Of a stretch of 51,191 bases of DNA, positions 9,410 to 19,236 are shown piece by piece. Positions within the stretch are counted from its first letter, which is position 1; each line of letters begins with the position of its first letter. The position numbers were made by a program, and so were the translations under genes. The DNA lies in the IMG/VR virus record IMGVR_UViG_3300033153_012783, positions 1 to 51,191 of that record; one strand, 5' to 3'. Under the pieces are notes generated by a model. That model was not told the DNA's origin. It ran no database searches and saw only the letters and a program-made list of their open reading frames with translations. Origin of the DNA: a virus (lineage: Duplodnaviria; Caudoviricetes).

Positions 9410-9966
9410 TGTCCGATCTTTATACGCGAACCAATGCAGGGACGAGCCCGGTCTTACTTGCCGATGTTAAATCGTATTTAAAACAAACATCGACTGCCGA
9501 TGATGGTCTGATTCAGGTATTTATTGATTCAGCGACTGAATACGGTGAGACTTATACAGGCCGGGCTTTTCGCAAACAAACATGGACGTTGCTAATTGAT
9601 GCATTCGCTAATCGGATTGCTCTCAACAGAAACCCGATTGATGCCATAACAACCGTCAAATATCTCGTCAGTGACGTCCTGACCACTATTGTCGATACGG
9701 TTTATTATCTGAAAAAGAATGTCCAGTGCGGTGAAATCCTGTTAAAAGAGGATCAGGACTGGCCAACAGACCTAGATGAGATTGAGCATGGCATTGAAAT
9801 TATCTTTACGACCGTTGCTTACCAAGATATAAATCGCATCAAAGATGCTCTGTATCGCCATGTAGCCTATTTGTACACTAATCGCGGTGATTGTGATGTG
9901 GAGTCAGCAGGCAAAGCATCGGGCGCTGACGCCATTTACGATTTATTCCGCATCCCCAGGGTTTAG
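9409..9966 (+). CDS. Head-tail connector/adaptor (HK97 gp6/SPP1 gp15-like)
   Basis: SPVLLADVKSYLK, E.YTGRAF..QTW, VAYLYTNRGD. Confidence 0.88.
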   Translation: MSDLYTRTNAGTSPVLLADVKSYLKQTSTADDGLIQVFIDSATEYGETYTGRAFRKQTWTLLIDAFANRIALNRNPIDAITTVKYLVSDVLTTIVDTVYYLKKNVQCGEILLKEDQDWPTDLDEIEHGIEIIFTTVAYQDINRIKDALYRHVAYLYTNRGDCDVESAGKASGADAIYDLFRIPRV

Positions 9967-9968
9967 TC

Positions 9969-11702
9969 ATGTCTGACAGTGTGATTATTACTGTCAAAAA
10001 TAATGATTGGACGGATATATCCTCCGATATTAATAATGGATATTTCACTAATCACGCAGATCAATATATTTTATATGTTGAAGCATCCATCAAGCCTGAT
10101 GCAGATATAGCAATAGGCCACAGGTTAAATCCTGGCGCAGAAAAAACATTTTACTTATCTGGTAAGCAAAAAATATGGGCAAGGGTTGTCAGTACGCTCA
10201 ATAATAATGCGCCTGTTGTCGTTACAGATAGCGATCCGGTCCCAGTAAATACTCAATTAAATCAATCTGCCTTTGGTGACCTGAAAGTCTCTGAAATGAC
10301 CCCAGTCGTTCAGATAAGTGCTGAATATGGTTTATTAAATCAGGTTTTAACTGTAATCGATGAGGGGGCAAGTGGCACTACTACGGTGGTGGATAATAAA
10401 TTCACGTCCCAATCAGGAACAGCATCTGATGGTCTCGCTGCCATCTTAACGTCTAGATTATTATCTTATAGGCCAGGGCAGGGAGCCGTCGCCAGACTCA
10501 CATCATTATTCTCAGCCGGTGTTGCCAATAGCCGTCAATTGGCCGGAATGATTACAGCGGAAAACTCTTTTGCATTTGGATTTATCGGTGCTGACTTCGG
10601 AATTATCCATACTCATGATGGAGAAAGCGAATATCAGGAATTAACAATCACGACACCGGCATCTGGGTCTGAAAATGCTACTGTTACTGTGAATGGTGTT
10701 GCCTATACGGTGCCACTGACTGCAGGAACGGTTCAACATAATGCTTTTGAGATAGCGGAAAGTTTAGAATCGCAAGTTCCAAACTATGATTTCACATCAA
10801 ATAATGATCAGGTATTAGCACAAGCTTTGATCAATGATCCTGCTGGGTCATTCGCATTTTCAAGTTCGACCGCTGTTGCAACATGGGCACAAATAGCAGC
10901 TGGGCTATTCCCAGAAACCGATTTTACACCGCAAGCCGATTGGTCCCAAGAATCATTACTTTCTGGAGATAGCCCTCTTGATCCATTGAAAGGGAACGTT
11001 TACCAAGTTCAGGTTCAATATTTGGGTTTTGGTGCAATTAAATTTTATGTCGAAAATCCAGATAAAGATGAAGGCTCTGGAGATTTTATTCTTGTGCATA
11101 TTATTAGATATGCAAATACCGCAACAATACCTAGCGTTACTAACCCATCATTTAGAATAGGATGGGTGGCCAGGAACTTCGGTAATACAACGAATTTAAC
11201 TGTTGCTGGATCATCGGCTGCTGGTTTTATTGAGGGTAAAGTAAAAATTACTACCCCACCAAGATCAGATGATAATGATCAAATTAATGTTGATACAACA
11301 TTGACCAATATTCTTGCATTCAGGAATAGACTTAATTTTGGCGGGAAAAGAAATAGGGCAGAACTTAAACCGTTATTACTCAGCCTATCAACACAGGCAG
11401 TTAAATCGGCATTCTTCCAGATCATTGCTAACCCGGTCTTTGGTGGCGATATGGATTTCAACTATATCGATAAAGACAACTCAATTATGGAAACGGCGAA
11501 AGATAAGGTCTCTGTAACTGGAGGTCAATTAGTTGGTGGTATCACTGTTGTTGCTGGTTCATCAGAATTGGTAGAATTTAATATTAGGGATGATATAGAG
11601 TTTTTTTCTGGTCCAGGACAAGTATTCAGTATTGCCGCGAGAGTATCTGGTGGCGCGGCTGCTGATATGCAGGCAACTGGAACATGGGTGGAGGATATCT
11701 AA
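9969..11702 (+). CDS. Large putative virion protein inside the neck module (577 aa)
   Basis: SAFGDLKVSE, YRPGQG, QYLGFGAIKF motifs; beta-rich. Confidence 0.7.
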   Translation: MSDSVIITVKNNDWTDISSDINNGYFTNHADQYILYVEASIKPDADIAIGHRLNPGAEKTFYLSGKQKIWARVVSTLNNNAPVVVTDSDPVPVNTQLNQSAFGDLKVSEMTPVVQISAEYGLLNQVLTVIDEGASGTTTVVDNKFTSQSGTASDGLAAILTSRLLSYRPGQGAVARLTSLFSAGVANSRQLAGMITAENSFAFGFIGADFGIIHTHDGESEYQELTITTPASGSENATVTVNGVAYTVPLTAGTVQHNAFEIAESLESQVPNYDFTSNNDQVLAQALINDPAGSFAFSSSTAVATWAQIAAGLFPETDFTPQADWSQESLLSGDSPLDPLKGNVYQVQVQYLGFGAIKFYVENPDKDEGSGDFILVHIIRYANTATIPSVTNPSFRIGWVARNFGNTTNLTVAGSSAAGFIEGKVKITTPPRSDDNDQINVDTTLTNILAFRNRLNFGGKRNRAELKPLLLSLSTQAVKSAFFQIIANPVFGGDMDFNYIDKDNSIMETAKDKVSVTGGQLVGGITVVAGSSELVEFNIRDDIEFFSGPGQVFSIAARVSGGAAADMQATGTWVEDI

Positions 11703-12091
11703 TGCCTAAATGCCAAAAAATTCAACGTAAGAAGCGCCAGGTCTGTATTGGCGATATGAATGAGCAGATTATCCTGCAGGACAGGGGAATCGGTGAGCCG
11801 TTATTTGGTAGCGTTGATTTCGGTGAGGATTTTACTAACATCGATACAGTATGGGCGGCTATCAATACCGTCAGCGGGAAAACTTTCTTCGATGGCGTTA
11901 ATACTGAAACCAATATTACCCATGAATTCTTTATCAGGTTTGATGCCAGCGTATCAGCAGAAACTTGGGTTGAATGGAATTCCAGACGGTTTGATATACT
12001 TAATCCTGAAGATTACGATGGCCGAAAGGAATTCATGAAGTTAACCTGTGCGGAACGTGGCGCCAAAACCATTGAGGCAACTAAGGCCTGA
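11702..12091 (+). CDS. Head closure protein (SPP1 gp16-like)
   Basis: IGDMNEQIILQ, TVWAAI, THEFFIRF; position. Confidence 0.85.
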   Translation: MPKCQKIQRKKRQVCIGDMNEQIILQDRGIGEPLFGSVDFGEDFTNIDTVWAAINTVSGKTFFDGVNTETNITHEFFIRFDASVSAETWVEWNSRRFDILNPEDYDGRKEFMKLTCAERGAKTIEATKA

Positions 12092-12095
12092 TGCT

Positions 12096-12560
12096 ATGAG
12101 CGTTCAATTCAAAGAGGATCCAAAAAATAAGGTCGTTTATGCTAAGATTGAGAACCTGGGTAAGATTACCAGTCGATCGATCAGGCAAGGTTTTTTTATG
12201 CTGGGCAAGGATTTAAAGCGAACCGCCAACAAGAATATCCTCAGTAAGCCAAAGGGCGGCAAGGTTTATATCGCTCGGACCAGAAGTGGTAGACGACGCA
12301 GGCATAGAGCCTCTGCTCCTGGTGAATCCCATGCCAATCGTTCAGGCATGCTGCGCCGTAGTCTTGGCTGGAAAGTTAATGGTTCAAAATCCATGGAATT
12401 CGGCTATGGTGTAGATAAACCCGCGCCTGACTACGGCAAATTCGTTGAAGATGGTACTTTTAAAATGAAGCCTCGTCCTTCTTTGGCAATAGCTGTGAAG
12501 CAGACTAACAGAAATAGTGAATTGTACGTTGGCCAAATGTTTGAGAAATTGACCCGATGA
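12096..12560 (+). CDS. Neck/tail-component protein (HK97 gp10-like)
   Basis: HRASAPGE, SGMLRRS, YGKFVEDGTFKMKPRP. Confidence 0.85.
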   Translation: MSVQFKEDPKNKVVYAKIENLGKITSRSIRQGFFMLGKDLKRTANKNILSKPKGGKVYIARTRSGRRRRHRASAPGESHANRSGMLRRSLGWKVNGSKSMEFGYGVDKPAPDYGKFVEDGTFKMKPRPSLAIAVKQTNRNSELYVGQMFEKLTR

Positions 12561-13654
12561 AAGCCGAGGACATAATCAATCAGTTGGCGATCGCTCTGCC
12601 AAACTTCTCTGATAAATTCACCGCGAATTTTGATATCACCAGCCTGACCCGTAGCGGAACAACCGTCACGGCAGTTACCAGCGCAGTCCACAACCTGGTT
12701 GCGAATAAGCAGGTCAATATCATTGGTGCGAAAACGCCAATAAATATATCCACACTTACCCGGGCAGGCGTTATCGGCACATTAGTCACCGACGCTGATC
12801 ATGATATGACGGAGGTTTATTCGGCCAATGTTGAGTTAAATGGATCGACAGAGGCTGAATTCAACGGCACATTTATCGTTTTATCAGTTCCAAATCGTCG
12901 CACGATCACATTCACTATGACTGACTCTGGACCTACCACGGCGACAGGCAGTCCACTCCTGCTAAATGGTTCGTCTTATCTGAAGCAATACAACGGTCTG
13001 AAAGAGGTCGACACAGTCCCATCCACGACGTCATTTACTTTTGAAATCACTGATACCACGTTATTCACACCGGCTGCAGGCACTATCAAGGCAAAGACTG
13101 ATCCCAGGATATCGGGCGCCATATCAGTTGAGCGTATTGTCGATGCTTATACCAAAAAGGCACAGGATGAATATTGGGCATTTGTTGTCCTGGGCGATGT
13201 GTTCGCTTCAAAAAGCAGAAAAATTGAATCAGATGCTACAGATAATCAACAGCGTGGAAATGAATTCAGACAGCAGATAATCCAGCCTTTTACCATCGTT
13301 GTGGCGATACCTACTAAGACAGAAATTGCTGCGAGGGCTGCCAGGGATGAGGCTGAAGATTTGATGAGACCTATTTGCCGGTCGGTATTATTCAAAAAAT
13401 TCGATTCTCAGTTATTTGTCGGTGCACAAAATCCATCCCAGTTTGTTGACCATGGCTTTACAGCATATAACTCTGCTTTTTACATCCATTCCTATAACTT
13501 CGAGTCGACGGCTGACATTACATTTGATGATACTGTAGGCTATGATGATGACGTAGCCTTTCGAGATATCATTACAAATATGACGATCGACCTTGGCACA
13601 AGAGAAGATCCTCTCACAGCAAACATTGATCTGGATGATGAAATATTACCTTGA
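12557..13654 (+). CDS. Putative tail completion/terminator protein with inserted beta-domains
   Basis: Position before DUF2635 and sheath; two nested TR(S/A)G...H beta-domain repeats. Confidence 0.65.
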   Translation: MKAEDIINQLAIALPNFSDKFTANFDITSLTRSGTTVTAVTSAVHNLVANKQVNIIGAKTPINISTLTRAGVIGTLVTDADHDMTEVYSANVELNGSTEAEFNGTFIVLSVPNRRTITFTMTDSGPTTATGSPLLLNGSSYLKQYNGLKEVDTVPSTTSFTFEITDTTLFTPAAGTIKAKTDPRISGAISVERIVDAYTKKAQDEYWAFVVLGDVFASKSRKIESDATDNQQRGNEFRQQIIQPFTIVVAIPTKTEIAARAARDEAEDLMRPICRSVLFKKFDSQLFVGAQNPSQFVDHGFTAYNSAFYIHSYNFESTADITFDDTVGYDDDVAFRDIITNMTIDLGTREDPLTANIDLDDEILP

Positions 13655-13669
13655 TAGAAGGATATTGAA

Positions 13670-13933
13670 ATGCCAACTATACTGATTAAGATTAATAAAC
13701 CGATCGATGGCCATAAATCTGGCGAAGAAATCAAAGTTGAGAGCGATGAATTCGGAACACCATTACAACATTCATGGCGTCGACGTTTAAAGGATGCTGA
13801 ATTTGATCAGTGCTGTGAAGTCGTGGAGCCTGTTGGCATATTAGATTTATCATCATCAGATGAACCGGAAAAAAAGACGTCAGACAAGCCCAAGCGCAGT
13901 TCAAAAACCAAACATCAGGAGACTGAAAAATGA
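13670..13933 (+). CDS. DUF2635/Mu gp38-like protein
   Basis: WRRRLKD motif directly upstream of the sheath gene. Confidence 0.65.
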   Translation: MPTILIKINKPIDGHKSGEEIKVESDEFGTPLQHSWRRRLKDAEFDQCCEVVEPVGILDLSSSDEPEKKTSDKPKRSSKTKHQETEK

Positions 13934-15477
13934 CCATCGTGGCGCAACCTAAAGTATCGGTAAATATCGTCAATGCTTCACAAGCGGTGGAGAACACTGT
14001 TCAGAAAGTTCTCTTTGTTGGCCAGAAGGTCGCTGCAGGCTCCGCGGTTTCTGGTGACCTGCAGGAAAATATCCTTAACGATAATTCCGAAGATACATTA
14101 TTCGGTGTTAATTCAATGCTGGCCGGCATGATTCGAGCCGCAAAGAAAGAAAACAAAATTACCATCATGGATGCCATCGGACTTGATGATGCGGCTGGTA
14201 CCGCAGCCACTGGCACGATTGTCCTCGTTGGTACAGCGACAGAGGCTGGCACACTGGAAGTGATTATCGGATCTGAGAAGAATCACAAATACAGCATTGC
14301 TGTGGCATCGGCTGATTCAATTACTGATATCGGTGATGATATCGAGGCCGCAATACTGGCTGATCTGGATTGCCCGACGACAGCTGCGAATGTTGCCGGC
14401 ACAATTACTATGACTGCCGATAATCTTGGTACCTTGGGCGACGATATCGGAATAAGTATCTCTGGTACGGTAGCCGGAATAACGCATTCAGTGACCGCCA
14501 TGACGGGCGGTGCCACTGATCCAACATTAACCAGTGTCCTAGATGTGGTAGGTGAGAATCGTTACCAGACTATCATCTGGCCATATTCTGCCGATACTAG
14601 CGCCCTGAGAACCTTTCTGGATACCCGTTTCAACGTGGATAATAAGGTTCAGGACGGCATTGGTATCACGGCCTCTCAAGATAGCCTGTCGAACCACAAT
14701 GCCCTGCTGACGGCTCTTAACAGCGAAAGTCTGACTTATTTCACCGATAAGCTTGAGTCTGAAACCTCCTATAAGGGCCCAGCCATGATGGAGTTATCAC
14801 CGGTTAAATCATCCCAGTTTGGCGCCATACGCGCTCTCAGGCTGACAGACGGGGCAAGTATCTCCCAGTTCATCATTGCCACTAACGGCCCCAGTGACTC
14901 ATTTGGCGGCCCTGCGCTGGCTTCCAAGCCCTATTTCAACACCACCATGCCGAATTTGCCTTTAATTGGTGCAGGCCGCGGCTGGAATGATACTGAAATC
15001 GAGCAATTGCATGATAATGGCGGGTCTGTATTGGGCAATAATACAGCCGGCAATACCTCGATCGTCGGGGAAGTGGTCACCACATATAAAACTGATTCAG
15101 CCGGTAACCCTGATGTCAGCTTTAAATATATGAATTATGTGGATACCGCCAGCAATGCCCGGGAATATTTCTTTAATAACCTGAAGGCTCGGTTTGCACA
15201 ATCCAGACTGACAGAAGGTGATGTGATCCGAGGCCGTGATATGGCCAATGATCTGACTATCATTACATTCTGTGAAAAGCTGTATCAGGACTTATCCGGC
15301 CCTGATTATGTTCTTGTCCAGGCTGGTGAGACGGCGTTCAAGTTCTTTAAGGACAATATTACGGTCACTCTGGATCTGGCCAGTGGTCGCGCCACAATCA
15401 ATATGACGGCGCCTATCGTAACTCAGCTGAGAGAAATCCTGGCCACATTCAAGATTGCTTTCAGCACAACCTCATAA
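13930..15477 (+). CDS. Tail sheath protein (Mu gpL-like)
   Basis: LFGVNSMLAGMI, MTGGATDP, VTTYKTDSAGNPDVSF. Confidence 0.92.
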   Translation: MTIVAQPKVSVNIVNASQAVENTVQKVLFVGQKVAAGSAVSGDLQENILNDNSEDTLFGVNSMLAGMIRAAKKENKITIMDAIGLDDAAGTAATGTIVLVGTATEAGTLEVIIGSEKNHKYSIAVASADSITDIGDDIEAAILADLDCPTTAANVAGTITMTADNLGTLGDDIGISISGTVAGITHSVTAMTGGATDPTLTSVLDVVGENRYQTIIWPYSADTSALRTFLDTRFNVDNKVQDGIGITASQDSLSNHNALLTALNSESLTYFTDKLESETSYKGPAMMELSPVKSSQFGAIRALRLTDGASISQFIIATNGPSDSFGGPALASKPYFNTTMPNLPLIGAGRGWNDTEIEQLHDNGGSVLGNNTAGNTSIVGEVVTTYKTDSAGNPDVSFKYMNYVDTASNAREYFFNNLKARFAQSRLTEGDVIRGRDMANDLTIITFCEKLYQDLSGPDYVLVQAGETAFKFFKDNITVTLDLASGRATINMTAPIVTQLREILATFKIAFSTTS

Positions 15478-15519
15478 TTTATTTATTCAATTATTTATTG
15501 AAGATAGGAGATTAATGTA

Positions 15520-15912
15520 ATGGGAATCCAAGTCGCTGATGCCGCTGTCACGGTTAATAATAATGTTGTGGCCATCGTTCCGAATTCATTGGTATTCACC
15601 GAAGGTAAGGGTGAGCAGACCATGAGGGCTGCATCAGCCGGTGGTGGCCAGGTAGAGCCAGTATATTCAAACAACATTGAAACCAATCTGTCCATGTGTC
15701 GATTCGATCTACCGGCCACGGTCGAAAATATTGAGCTTGCCCGGGAATGGAAATCAAATTCTAATCAAAATCTGGTGCAGATTGCCGGCAGAACTGCTGA
15801 AGGTAATGTCACTCGCACCTTTACACAGGCCGCTTTGTTAGCTGATTATGAAGTTCCACTTGGTTCTGATACGAATATCACCGTAGAATTCAAAGCCAAC
15901 CCAGCAATTTAA
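15520..15912 (+). CDS. Tail tube protein
   Basis: 130 aa directly after the sheath gene; ends ITVEFKA. Confidence 0.75.
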   Translation: MGIQVADAAVTVNNNVVAIVPNSLVFTEGKGEQTMRAASAGGGQVEPVYSNNIETNLSMCRFDLPATVENIELAREWKSNSNQNLVQIAGRTAEGNVTRTFTQAALLADYEVPLGSDTNITVEFKANPAI

Positions 15913-15939
15913 TAATTTATCATCAAGGGGTAAGGGATA

Positions 15940-16383
15940 ATGCAGGAAGAAATTACTTTTAATTTGACGGAGCCGTTTAACTATGCAGAAAAAGGTGAAC
16001 AGGTAGAAGCAAAATTCATCACTTTAAAGGCACCAACATCAAGGAATATGAGCCATATTGCATTTCTGAAACAGGCTTTTTATCGGGCACTTCCAAAAAA
16101 TCAGGAAGTAAAAAATCAGGATGATGTAAAAAAAGATGATGAAATTACCGGTGAAGATATTATGACCATATTATCGGCATCGATGGATGTTGAATTATCA
16201 TCAGTTCTGGTAACAGCAAAGGAATTATTCGCATCAAAAGATATCGCTCTTGTTGATGGTGAAACAAAGGTTACCAAACCAATATTGGATGATATGGGCC
16301 CTGATGATTTTTTTGCTATGACTGGAGAATATCTCGCAAATTTTATCCTTGCTTCGGTATTGCAGAAGATGAACAACGCCTGA
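15940..16383 (+). CDS. Tail assembly chaperone
   Basis: ITLKAPT motif; lies between tube and tape measure genes. Confidence 0.8.
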   Translation: MQEEITFNLTEPFNYAEKGEQVEAKFITLKAPTSRNMSHIAFLKQAFYRALPKNQEVKNQDDVKKDDEITGEDIMTILSASMDVELSSVLVTAKELFASKDIALVDGETKVTKPILDDMGPDDFFAMTGEYLANFILASVLQKMNNA

Positions 16384-16538
16384 TTAGCAAGATTGTCGAC
16401 CTGGTTGCATTCTTTGAAGGCGGTGTTGATTATCACAAAATAAGAGATACACCATTACCGGAGCTGTCAATACTTTATAATGAGGCTCTCAGGATTGATA
16501 AGAAACGGCTTGAGGCAATAAGGAAAGGCAAATCATGA
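16344..16538 (+). CDS. -1 frameshift extension of the tail assembly chaperone
   Basis: Slippery A AAT TTT at 16338-16344; -1 frame open (YPCFGIAEDEQRLISK...KGKS) to TGA overlapping the tape measure ATG. Confidence 0.75.
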   Translation, partial: YPCFGIAEDEQRLISKIVDLVAFFEGGVDYHKIRDTPLPELSILYNEALRIDKKRLEAIRKGKS

Positions 16539-18037
16539 GCAACAAAGTCAGCTTTCTTTATATCGCCCAGGATAAGTTCACTCGAATTACCAATAAAATT
16601 GGTAACTCATCCGATAAAGCAAGAAAAAAATTCCGTAAGTTGGGCAATGAAGCCGATAAATCATCCAGAAAGTTTAAAAAATCATCTGGAATATTTACAT
16701 CAGGACTTCAAAAGATCGCCTTGGCAGCCACTGCTTTTGTCGGCATCAGAAAATTCATTCAAGTTGGTGCTGAATTCCAGGCCTCGATAGCCGATCTGTC
16801 AGCCATCACCGGTGCAGCTGGTAAAGACCTTGATATTCTGACCCAGAAAACTCTCAAAATGGCGCGTGTATCCGTCACATCCCAGGCAGAGGTTGCCGAG
16901 GCAATTAAGCTTGTGGCATCAGCAAAACCTGATTTACTTCAAAATCTGGATGCTTTGACAGCGACAACAGAACAAGTGTTGTTATTGAAAAATGCTGCCG
17001 GTATTGATTTGGCTAGTGCTGCCAATATCACTGCCCAAGGATTGAATATTTTCGGTGTCGAAGCATCAAAAGCCGGTGAATTTGTCAATATTTTGGCCGC
17101 TGGTGCAAAGCTTGGATCATCTGAGATCAGAGATACTGGCGAGGCTATGCTGCTTGCAGGCCCAGCGGCGCGTGCTGCAGGCCTGAATTTTGTTCAGTTG
17201 AACGCCGCCATTCAAACTGTGGCAAAAGGCGGCATCAAGGGTGCCAGGGCTGGTACCGCACTGAATGCCATTCTTGGACGATTACGTCGGCAAGGCATTG
17301 ATTTCCAGAAATTAGGTCTTGAAGGTGCATTCGAAGCCGTCAAGAAAGTGCTAGATCGCGTGACGGACAGCACAAAGCGTGCTCAATTAGAAGCCACAAT
17401 ATTTGGTGAAGAACATGCCAAGGTAGGTCTGGCTCTATTGAACAATACCAGGTTGCTTGGTCAGTATGAGGTCTCTCTGAAAGGTACCAGTATTGCCCAG
17501 GAGCAAGCTGATATTCGCCTGAAAACATTCAATAAGCGCTGGGAAAGGCTGGGAATTTTGATCAAGGATATCGTTATTAGAACATTCCTTAGACTTGAGC
17601 CCATATTGAGCAAACAAATAGATAATTTGTCAAAATGGTTTGATGCGATTGATCCAGCCCAGGTAGATAGTTTCGCCGAATCACTAAAGGGATTACTGCA
17701 AGTCGCTTTGTTTATTATCGATGCATTCAAAATTGTGGCAGCAGTGTTTAAAGGCGTCGGTACTGCTATTGGTGAGTTTGCCGGACAAATAGCGACACTC
17801 AATTTTGGGGAAGGGTTGAGCACTGATATTCGAGAGGCCTTTTCTGTAGGCGGTAAGCTATTTGGAATATTCGAGAATCAGAAATTAGAAGGAAATCTTG
17901 GCGCCGGCCAATCATCGAGAACTGATATTAATGTCAATCTAAAATCACCAGAGGGCGCTATTGAATCGGTGAAATCACGCACCACAGGATCCGCATCGGG
18001 ACTGAATGTGGGGCTTAATATGGCGACAGCACAATGA
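16535..18037 (+). CDS. Tape measure protein (TP901-type core)
   Basis: DLSAITGA, GARAGTALNAIL, IFGEE motifs; Ala-rich helical. Confidence 0.92.
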   Translation: MSNKVSFLYIAQDKFTRITNKIGNSSDKARKKFRKLGNEADKSSRKFKKSSGIFTSGLQKIALAATAFVGIRKFIQVGAEFQASIADLSAITGAAGKDLDILTQKTLKMARVSVTSQAEVAEAIKLVASAKPDLLQNLDALTATTEQVLLLKNAAGIDLASAANITAQGLNIFGVEASKAGEFVNILAAGAKLGSSEIRDTGEAMLLAGPAARAAGLNFVQLNAAIQTVAKGGIKGARAGTALNAILGRLRRQGIDFQKLGLEGAFEAVKKVLDRVTDSTKRAQLEATIFGEEHAKVGLALLNNTRLLGQYEVSLKGTSIAQEQADIRLKTFNKRWERLGILIKDIVIRTFLRLEPILSKQIDNLSKWFDAIDPAQVDSFAESLKGLLQVALFIIDAFKIVAAVFKGVGTAIGEFAGQIATLNFGEGLSTDIREAFSVGGKLFGIFENQKLEGNLGAGQSSRTDINVNLKSPEGAIESVKSRTTGSASGLNVGLNMATAQ

Positions 18038-19236
18038 GCCTGGTTGATGAATTATCACCCGGATCATATAAAGGCGTTTCTTTCCTGATCGCAAATTCGC
18101 GCGTGGCCGGTGGCCGGAAAGATGTTCTTCATTCATATCCAAATTCAGACAGGCAAACCATTGAGGATTTGGGGCTTAAACCTCGAGTCTTTGATGTTGC
18201 GGCAATAATTAACTCTGATGCCGATAATGAAAACTATATTCAACGGCGTGATCGTTTCCTGGCGATTCTCGAAGAAGGTGGTCCAGGCACACTGATTCAT
18301 CCGCTATATGGTCAGATTGAGAATATTGTTGCCAGAAACTGGACGCTGGTTGAGGATCTGACAGAGCTCGGCGATGGCAAGATCAACATTACTTTTACTG
18401 TTTCCAATGATCTTGGCGTACCGGTTAAATCTCAGAATACTCTCAGCGTTATTGAAAAGGCGAATGATGATTTATTGGCAGCTATAAATTCAGATGTCGC
18501 TGAAAATTACACCGTAAATACATCTAATCTAAATAGTTTTACTGATGCTGTCGCCATATTGGATGACATGGTGACAGAATTTAATTCAAACACTAATTTC
18601 TTGCAGGCGAATGCCGATAAAATTAATGCATTTACTAAGGATTTGAGTGAGTTCGAAGCAAATATAACCACACTTATAATCTCTCCACAGGCGTTATCAG
18701 ACAGCATTAATAACTTATTCACAACAATTGGAAATTTATATCCAACCGTCGAAGCTACGGCTGATGTGCTTGCTGGTTTCTTTGATTTCAACGATGGAAA
18801 AACGGTCAGAGATGAGACTACGGCATCAAGGATTCAGCGTAATAACAATGATAATCTGATGAAAGCATCTATGCAGAATATGTCTTTGAGCCTGGCTTAC
18901 TTCAGTACAGCACAAATTGATTTTGAAACAGTGGCTGACATTGAAACTCGTGCTGATGCCCTTGAAATTCAATATCAAAAAGTAATAGCAGCAGATGGAC
19001 TGCAAGAAGATACGAAATCCGAATTGAAAAATATGCGCAGTGAAATGCAGCAGTTTTTTGATGATCAGAAATTAACGGCCAGACAATTGGTTACTGTAAA
19101 TACTCATCTAACATCAGCAAGATTATTGGCATATCAATACTATGGAAGCTCTGATGAAGGTGAAAGGATTGCTGATCTTAATGATACAGACGATTTAACC
19201 TTTATCGAAGGCGATGTGACTATACTTACCGCATGA
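18034..19236 (+). CDS. DNA circularization protein (Mu gpN-like)
   Basis: SYKGVSF, GGRK..HSYP, EDLG, GPGTLIHPLYG. Confidence 0.9.
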   Translation: MSLVDELSPGSYKGVSFLIANSRVAGGRKDVLHSYPNSDRQTIEDLGLKPRVFDVAAIINSDADNENYIQRRDRFLAILEEGGPGTLIHPLYGQIENIVARNWTLVEDLTELGDGKINITFTVSNDLGVPVKSQNTLSVIEKANDDLLAAINSDVAENYTVNTSNLNSFTDAVAILDDMVTEFNSNTNFLQANADKINAFTKDLSEFEANITTLIISPQALSDSINNLFTTIGNLYPTVEATADVLAGFFDFNDGKTVRDETTASRIQRNNNDNLMKASMQNMSLSLAYFSTAQIDFETVADIETRADALEIQYQKVIAADGLQEDTKSELKNMRSEMQQFFDDQKLTARQLVTVNTHLTSARLLAYQYYGSSDEGERIADLNDTDDLTFIEGDVTILTA

